In this document: piece after piece, positions 58,430 through 64,000 of the stretch
How the letters are laid out: the number at the start of each line of letters is the position of its first letter
Position numbering within the stretch: position 1 is the stretch's first letter
Source of the DNA: an uncultured candidate division Zixibacteria bacterium
GTDB lineage: Bacteria > Zixibacteria > MSB-5A5 > GN15 > FEB-12
Assembly (NCBI GenBank): GCA_963806185.1
Contig: CAWDXE010000001.1
Location: 32,001-96,000 of the forward strand
Direction: 5' to 3'
Length of the DNA stretch: 64,000 nt
Program-made: the position numbers and the translations under genes
The notes under the pieces: model-generated
Databases searched by the model: none
Told to the model about the DNA's origin: nothing
Seen by the model: the letters and a program-made list of their open reading frames with translations, nothing else

Positions 58430-60769
58430 TTGCGACGAATCAACTATCTGGTCATTGCCCTCATTTCCCTCACTCTCATCCCTCTCGAACTTTCCTGGAC
58501 TCGTATCTTTTCCGCCGAATTCTTCTATGCGTTTGCGTTTCTTGTCCTTTCGCTTGCTATCCTCGGCCTCGGGCTCGGCGGGCTGGCCCTTCGTCTGTGG
58601 CAGCGACTGGCCAACCTGCATCTTCTCGGGATCTACCTCGCCCTTGCAGGTCTCTGCGCCCTGCTCGGTCCCATCCTGGTATTCAAACTGCAACCCGACT
58701 TCTCAGCCCTGTTCTCAAGTTGGCTTATGGTCGGCAAATTAGCGCTCACCGTGTTGATACTCATGTCGACGTACTTCTTTGGCGGCCTGGCCCTCTCTCT
58801 CCTCTTCAGGGAAAATCATGCTGACATGCCCCGTCTCTATATGGCCGACCTTCTGGGTGCCGGCGTCGGCGTGCTGATCGCTATTTGGGGGATGAATCAG
58901 TTCGGAACCCCGCAAGCGTCCTTCTTGATCGCCTTGCCGATTCTTGCCGCCTCGTTCGTCACCTCCCGTGACGGGCTCAAGGTGATTCCAGTCCTCATCG
59001 CCGTCCTTGTGTTCACTTTCCTGCCCAGGGCCGATGATCTGTTGCGGCTCGAGCGCGAAGAGCGCGCCCCGGTCATCTACACGCACTGGGACGCCATGTC
59101 CAAGATCAAAGTCTACCAGTACGATTCGGAATATCGGGGCATCAATATCGACAACGTGGCCAATACGCCGGTCAGTTATTTCGATGGCAACTGGGCCGAC
59201 GTCAAACCGGAGTCCACCTCCTGGCCGATCGACGTTTCCTACTTGATCAACCGGTTCGATTCGTGCGTCTTTCTCTCCCTCGGTGCGGGTGGCGGCGGTG
59301 ACGTCCTTCAGGCGCTGGTCGAGGGCGCTACCGAGATTCACGCCGTCGAGGTAAATCCGCATATCAATTGGATGATGTTGGTCGACGACACCGCCGGCTA
59401 CGTTGCCCCTCCCCCTCCACCTCCCGATTCATCGAAAGACACTGCGCAGTCGGCTCAGGTCGACACCATCGCCAAGCCAATGATGTCGATCGCCGAATTT
59501 TCCGGTGGAATATATCACGATCCACGCGTGCGCGTCGTCACCGAAGACGCCCGCTCGTATGTCCGGCGCCATCCGGGCAAGTTCGACGTGATCTATTCGC
59601 TGAGTTCCAACTCCTGGGCCGCGCTTGCCTCCGGCGCCTTCGCTCTCGCGGAAAACTACCTCTTTACGACCGATGCTTACATCGATTACTGGCGCGCCAT
59701 GTCCGACTCAGGTTTTCTGATGATGGAACATCAGATGTACACCCCCCGCCTGGTGGCTGAAGTGGTCGACGCCTTGACTGAATTGGACGTCGCCAAACCG
59801 ACCGAACACTTTGCCGTCTATGATCTGCCGCAAATGCGACGAAAGATCCTGCTCTTGTCGAAGCAACCGCTCACCGACTCACTTCGCTACTACGCTCTGG
59901 GCCCGCTCACCGCCGAGCGATTCGGCGAGATTCACTTGATCTATCCGCCCGCCAATGATTCGGTGGCGAACCACCTTATCAACAAGATCATCGCGCAAGG
60001 GTGGCGACGGGTCGCTGATTCTGCCGCAATAGATATCTCGCCCGTCACCGACAATCGTCCATTCGTCGCACAACTGGGCAAGTGGAAAAATCTGAATGCC
60101 GAAAATCTGAAGAAGGTATCTGCGTACGCCGAATTCACCGGCTTTCCGCTCTCGAAGATCACCATGCTCATCGTCAGCTTCGTCGTGTTACTGATCGTGC
60201 TGCCGATTAACCTGATTCCCTATGCCGTCAAGGGGCCGCACCTGCGCGCCGCACCCTGGTTGTATTTCTTCTGCATTGGGGTCGCGTTCATGGGTGTCGA
60301 GATCATTCTGATCCAGAAATACGCCCTCCTACTGGGCACGTCGCTCTATAGCATGGCGACCGTGTTGTTGACGCTCCTCATCGCGTCAGGAATTGGAAGC
60401 CGTTTTGCCGACCACTTTTCCGACCGGGCAGTCTTCCCGGCAATTGTCGGTTGGTTGTGTCTCGAGGCTCTGGCCTTCGGATTTCTCGCCGATGTCGCGG
60501 GCGGCCAATCGCTCGCTTTTCGATCATTGCTCGCCGTGGTGCTCATCGCACCGGTCGGCTTCTTCATGGGAATGCCCTTCCCGAAAGGGGCACTGAAAGT
60601 CGGCGCACTTATCGACTGGGGCTTCGCGGTCAACGGCGCAGCATCCGTGCTCGGCTCGGTGCTGATCCTCGTGCTCGCCTTCGCCTGGGGGTTCACGATT
60701 GCCCTTTTGGTCGCAGCTCTTTTCTATCTGGCGGCGTTTGTGCTGATACGGACGAGATTGGCCTGGTAG
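58430..60769 (+). CDS. Multi-TM protein with central spermidine-synthase-like SAM-dependent methyltransferase domain
   Basis: TM bundles on both sides; LGAGGGGDV, AVEVNP, EDARSY, FDVI, ENYLFT, TDNRPF. Confidence 0.82.
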   Translation: MRRINYLVIALISLTLIPLELSWTRIFSAEFFYAFAFLVLSLAILGLGLGGLALRLWQRLANLHLLGIYLALAGLCALLGPILVFKLQPDFSALFSSWLMVGKLALTVLILMSTYFFGGLALSLLFRENHADMPRLYMADLLGAGVGVLIAIWGMNQFGTPQASFLIALPILAASFVTSRDGLKVIPVLIAVLVFTFLPRADDLLRLEREERAPVIYTHWDAMSKIKVYQYDSEYRGINIDNVANTPVSYFDGNWADVKPESTSWPIDVSYLINRFDSCVFLSLGAGGGGDVLQALVEGATEIHAVEVNPHINWMMLVDDTAGYVAPPPPPPDSSKDTAQSAQVDTIAKPMMSIAEFSGGIYHDPRVRVVTEDARSYVRRHPGKFDVIYSLSSNSWAALASGAFALAENYLFTTDAYIDYWRAMSDSGFLMMEHQMYTPRLVAEVVDALTELDVAKPTEHFAVYDLPQMRRKILLLSKQPLTDSLRYYALGPLTAERFGEIHLIYPPANDSVANHLINKIIAQGWRRVADSAAIDISPVTDNRPFVAQLGKWKNLNAENLKKVSAYAEFTGFPLSKITMLIVSFVVLLIVLPINLIPYAVKGPHLRAAPWLYFFCIGVAFMGVEIILIQKYALLLGTSLYSMATVLLTLLIASGIGSRFADHFSDRAVFPAIVGWLCLEALAFGFLADVAGGQSLAFRSLLAVVLIAPVGFFMGMPFPKGALKVGALIDWGFAVNGAASVLGSVLILVLAFAWGFTIALLVAALFYLAAFVLIRTRLAW

Positions 60770-60806
60770 GTAAAGGCATCACGTCTGGCGGAAGGCTCGC
60801 TCTCGC

Positions 60807-62135
60807 TCATTCGTTTCCGGACATTCGGCCGGTACCGGAGGGAAAATCCGAGGTTCCCGATACCGGAACGATTCCCTTCTGCTGGTAGATCGGCCGCATC
60901 AGCGCGCGCATCGTTCCGAGATTCCTGGCAAACAGCAAGCCGCCCAGTATACAGCAGAGTCCGCCGATCAGGATGGTGTTGGGCGCTCCGAGAGTTGCCG
61001 CCAACCCGCCCGCCAACAGGCCGCCAAACGGCGCCATACCTCGGATGGATAGGGTATACAGACTCATCACCCGCCCCCGCTTGTCGTCCTCGACGATTGT
61101 TTGCAGAACCGTATTCGACGCCGCCATCTGCACGATCATCCCGAATCCCGTGACCACCATGATGCATAGCGATAACCACATCACCCGCGACAACGAGAGA
61201 AATATCAGCCCGACACCAAATGTCACCGCCGCAATGGCGACGATTCGAATCAACCCGCGCACACTTCTGCGCGAGGCCAGGTAAATGGCGCCGATCAGGG
61301 CGCCGATACCGGATGCTCCGACAAGAAATCCGAAGGCGTCCGATCCCCCGTGCAATATATCGCGGGCAAACACCGGCATCAGTACCGAATACGGAATACC
61401 AATGATACTCACCAGCGCCAGAAGAAGCAGCAACGATCGTATTGGCACAAAGCCAAACGAGTATCGAAATCCCTCTTTCAATCCCTCTACGATGCGCCCC
61501 GGGCGCTTGTCAATGATCTGCGGCACCGGTTTCATCGCCATCAATGCGATGATCACCGGAATATAACTTAGGCCATTGAGCAGCAGACACCATCCCTCAC
61601 CCACTGCCGCTATCAGGATGCCGGCGATCGACGGTCCCAGAAGCCGGGCGACGTTGAAGATCGACGAATTGAGCGCAATCGCGTTACTCAGATCATCACG
61701 ATCCTCAATCATCTCCACCACGAACGACTGACGGATAGGCATGTCGAAGGCATTGATGATCCCCAGCATGACGCCCAGCACCATCACTTGCCAGACGGTT
61801 ATCCAATTTCCCAGCACCAGCAGTCCGAATACAAGCGCCTGGAGCATAGATAGTGTTTGGACAATGACGAGCAGACGATGCCGATTGACCCGGTCGGCCA
61901 GGATACCACCGAGCGGCGCCATGAGAAAAATAGGCAGGTTGGTGGCAAAACTCACCATCCCCAGCAGGAAAGCCGAATCGGTCATTCGGTAGACGAGCCA
62001 GCTCACCGCGATCTGCTGCATCCAGGTTCCTATCAGCGATATTCCCTGACCGGCGAAAAACAGACGGAAGTTGCGATGCCGCAGCGACCGGACCGTGTGG
62101 TTCAAACTTCCACCATGGAGAAACGGATTGATCAT
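60807..62135 (-). CDS. MFS transporter
   Basis: SLRHRNFRLFF.GQ.IS..G.WMQ, GILADRVNR, about 12 TM. Confidence 0.93.
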   Translation of the reverse strand: MINPFLHGGSLNHTVRSLRHRNFRLFFAGQGISLIGTWMQQIAVSWLVYRMTDSAFLLGMVSFATNLPIFLMAPLGGILADRVNRHRLLVIVQTLSMLQALVFGLLVLGNWITVWQVMVLGVMLGIINAFDMPIRQSFVVEMIEDRDDLSNAIALNSSIFNVARLLGPSIAGILIAAVGEGWCLLLNGLSYIPVIIALMAMKPVPQIIDKRPGRIVEGLKEGFRYSFGFVPIRSLLLLLALVSIIGIPYSVLMPVFARDILHGGSDAFGFLVGASGIGALIGAIYLASRRSVRGLIRIVAIAAVTFGVGLIFLSLSRVMWLSLCIMVVTGFGMIVQMAASNTVLQTIVEDDKRGRVMSLYTLSIRGMAPFGGLLAGGLAATLGAPNTILIGGLCCILGGLLFARNLGTMRALMRPIYQQKGIVPVSGTSDFPSGTGRMSGNE

Positions 62136-62146
62136 AGCTCTCTAAC

Positions 62147-62175
62147 AAAAACGGCAGGAACGCTCGTTCCTGCCG
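62147..62175 (-). terminator. Intrinsic terminator after polyprenyl synthase
   Basis: CGGCAGGAAC/GTTCCTGCCG stem then TTTTT on the minus strand. Confidence 0.75.
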
Positions 62176-62200
62176 GTACAACTCATCTTTCACTGCGGTA

Positions 62201-63193
62201 TCACGAGGCACGGACAATAGTATAGTCCACCATCTCGACCAGCGAATCATAATACTCCGACGGCTGCAGAAGATTAATGGCCTCCAACCCCTGCTGACTC
62301 AATTCCTTTGCCCGACGATACGCGTAGTCGATGCCGCCGCTCTCTTCCACAAACCGGTGCACCTTGCCGAATGACTCGTTGTCACCTTCATTCTTCAGCA
62401 GCGACACGATTTCGCGCCCGCTGCTCTCCGACACTTTGCGCAACGAGTAGATGAGCGGGAGCGTCACTTTGCCGGTCAGGACGTCATTGCCCGGCTCCTT
62501 GCCGGTCGTTTCCGCGTCACCTACAAAATCAAGCAGGTCGTCGGCAATCTGAAAGGCGATCCCGATCTTCTCGCCGAACTCCGCGAAACGGCTGCGGTCC
62601 TGTACGCTGCGTCGCGACAGGATCGGCCCCACCTCGCAGGAGACGTTAAACAACGATGCCGTCTTGTCGGCTATAATTTCCAGATACTCATCTTCCGAAA
62701 GCGCATAGTTGCCGGTCTCTTCTATCTGCCGCAGCTCGCCGATCGACACTCTCTCAGTCGCCCGGGCTATTGCCTGGATAAGATCAATCGACCCCGTTTC
62801 TACCATGATGCGAAACGCCTTGGCGAACAGGTAATCGCCCATCAGCACCGAAATCAGATTCGTCCATTTACTGTTGACCGTTGCCAATCCCCGCCGCATG
62901 TCGGAATTATCCACCACGTCGTCATGGAGCAACGTCGCCGTGTGGATCAGTTCGATGGACAAGGAGGCGTCAACAGAATATTCCGAGAAATTGTCCGCCG
63001 CCCGCGACGATAGAAAAAGGAATGCCGGCCGAATGCGCTTGCCCCGCGATTTCAGCAAGTGACGGGCAATAGAGGTGATCAAGGGAGAGTCACCCCGCAA
63101 ATAGTCCGTCAGCTTCTTGTCAAAAAGCTCCAGATCGGGTTGTACCGGTTTGACATATTCCGCCATCCGGTTCGTATCAAGCAGGCCCTTCAC
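62201..63193 (-). CDS. Long-chain trans-polyprenyl diphosphate synthase (IspB/HepT-like)
   Basis: GKRIRP, ATLLHDDVVD..RRG, KTA, FQIADDLLD. Confidence 0.95.
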   Translation of the reverse strand: MKGLLDTNRMAEYVKPVQPDLELFDKKLTDYLRGDSPLITSIARHLLKSRGKRIRPAFLFLSSRAADNFSEYSVDASLSIELIHTATLLHDDVVDNSDMRRGLATVNSKWTNLISVLMGDYLFAKAFRIMVETGSIDLIQAIARATERVSIGELRQIEETGNYALSEDEYLEIIADKTASLFNVSCEVGPILSRRSVQDRSRFAEFGEKIGIAFQIADDLLDFVGDAETTGKEPGNDVLTGKVTLPLIYSLRKVSESSGREIVSLLKNEGDNESFGKVHRFVEESGGIDYAYRRAKELSQQGLEAINLLQPSEYYDSLVEMVDYTIVRAS

Positions 63194-63264
63194 GGTCGAA
63201 CAGTCCTTTCATCGTCAACAGCGCTGCCCCAAAAATGGGTTTTTGCCCGGAAATGTCAAACGAA

Positions 63265-63999
63265 TTAAGTACCCTTTGCGCTTCTCGGCAGTTGACCCGC
63301 CAGCCATTGCAACCCATTGATATATTGCGGGTTGCTGACATACTCTCGATCGTTGTGCCCCCCGCTCAACTCCACAAACAGCTTCGGCTCCGGCGCGAGG
63401 GCAAAGAGAGTTCGCCCCATCTCATATGGCACAATCTCGTCGACGGGGGAGTGTGTCACCAACACCGGCACACCCAGCTTCCCTATCCTGCCGACATTGT
63501 CGAAATTTACGCGAAGAAGCAGCCCGACGGGCAAATACCGGAACATCAATCGTCCCATGTCACGTGCCGACGTCAACGTCGATTCCAGCACCAGTCCTCC
63601 GACCGGCACTTCCGTCGCCGTGTGCAGCGCGACCGCCCCGCCGATAGACTCGCCAAAGACTATGATCCGCTTCGGATCAATCTTCTTGACCTCCACCAGC
63701 CACTCGTACGCCGCCCGTGCGTCTTCGTATACTTTCGTTTCCGATGGTGACCCCTCAGACTTCCCGTATCCACGGTAGTCAAACAGAAGGGTACTCCATC
63801 CCAGTTTTCGAAACAGCTCTACATGTTCCATCCGATAGGAAATATTCCCGGCGTTGCCGTGGCAAAACAGCACGACCGGTGCACTGTCGGATGCCGGGAA
63901 GTACCACGCATGTATGCGCTCCGCCGTCCCGACCGGAATGTACATGTCGTCGGCCGGAATCGGCAATTGGGCCGACTCAAACAACATCTCAGTCGAGGG
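63265..63999 (-). CDS. Alpha/beta hydrolase, 5' truncated by window edge
   Basis: HGNAGN, DYRGYG.S.G.PSE, GESIGG, DE.VP, GGHND; frame open to edge. Confidence 0.9.
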   Translation of the reverse strand, partial: PSTEMLFESAQLPIPADDMYIPVGTAERIHAWYFPASDSAPVVLFCHGNAGNISYRMEHVELFRKLGWSTLLFDYRGYGKSEGSPSETKVYEDARAAYEWLVEVKKIDPKRIIVFGESIGGAVALHTATEVPVGGLVLESTLTSARDMGRLMFRYLPVGLLLRVNFDNVGRIGKLGVPVLVTHSPVDEIVPYEMGRTLFALAPEPKLFVELSGGHNDREYVSNPQYINGLQWLAGQLPRSAKGT

Positions 64000-64000
64000 C

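Overview
Bacterial genomic window with GC-rich coding sequence. Dockerin-like C-termini and FlgD/T9SS-type 'QNYPNPFN...YxY...KM' tails on secreted proteins suggest an FCB-group organism, probably Zixibacteria (inference only). In order: a truncated secreted DUF4402-like gene; a 7-repeat propeller protein; a complete hypABFCDE [NiFe]-hydrogenase maturation operon; a 14.4-kb cluster of five secreted proteins carrying cohesin-like and/or dockerin-like modules (two small cohesin-dockerin adaptors, a 2254-aa beta-helix protein with two cohesin-like modules, a divergent dockerin and a sorting tail, and two C-type-lectin/beta-helix/Fn3/dockerin paralogues); tRNA-Met; a dual-receiver protein; a candidate sigma54-dependent small RNA; lpdA, apparently starting at ATA; a spermidine biosynthesis operon headed by a PuuR-like regulator; an intergenic pile-up of REP-like elements; an NtrC-family activator; a B12-dependent acyl-CoA operon with both an isobutyryl-CoA-type and a methylmalonyl-CoA-type mutase large subunit but one small subunit (43.2-47.8 kb is broken by +1 insertions that look like sequencing error); a GT-C glycosyltransferase; tRNA-Gln; envelope genes; an ABC exporter, SDR, GH47 mannosidase, phosphoesterase, membrane methyltransferase, MFS, polyprenyl synthase and a truncated hydrolase. 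The best candidate for an undescribed system is the non-cellulosomal, lectin-bearing cohesin-dockerin assembly at 8.5-22.8 kb. I saw no CRISPR array, integrase, transposase or rRNA. All family calls are by eye from motifs; no searches were run.
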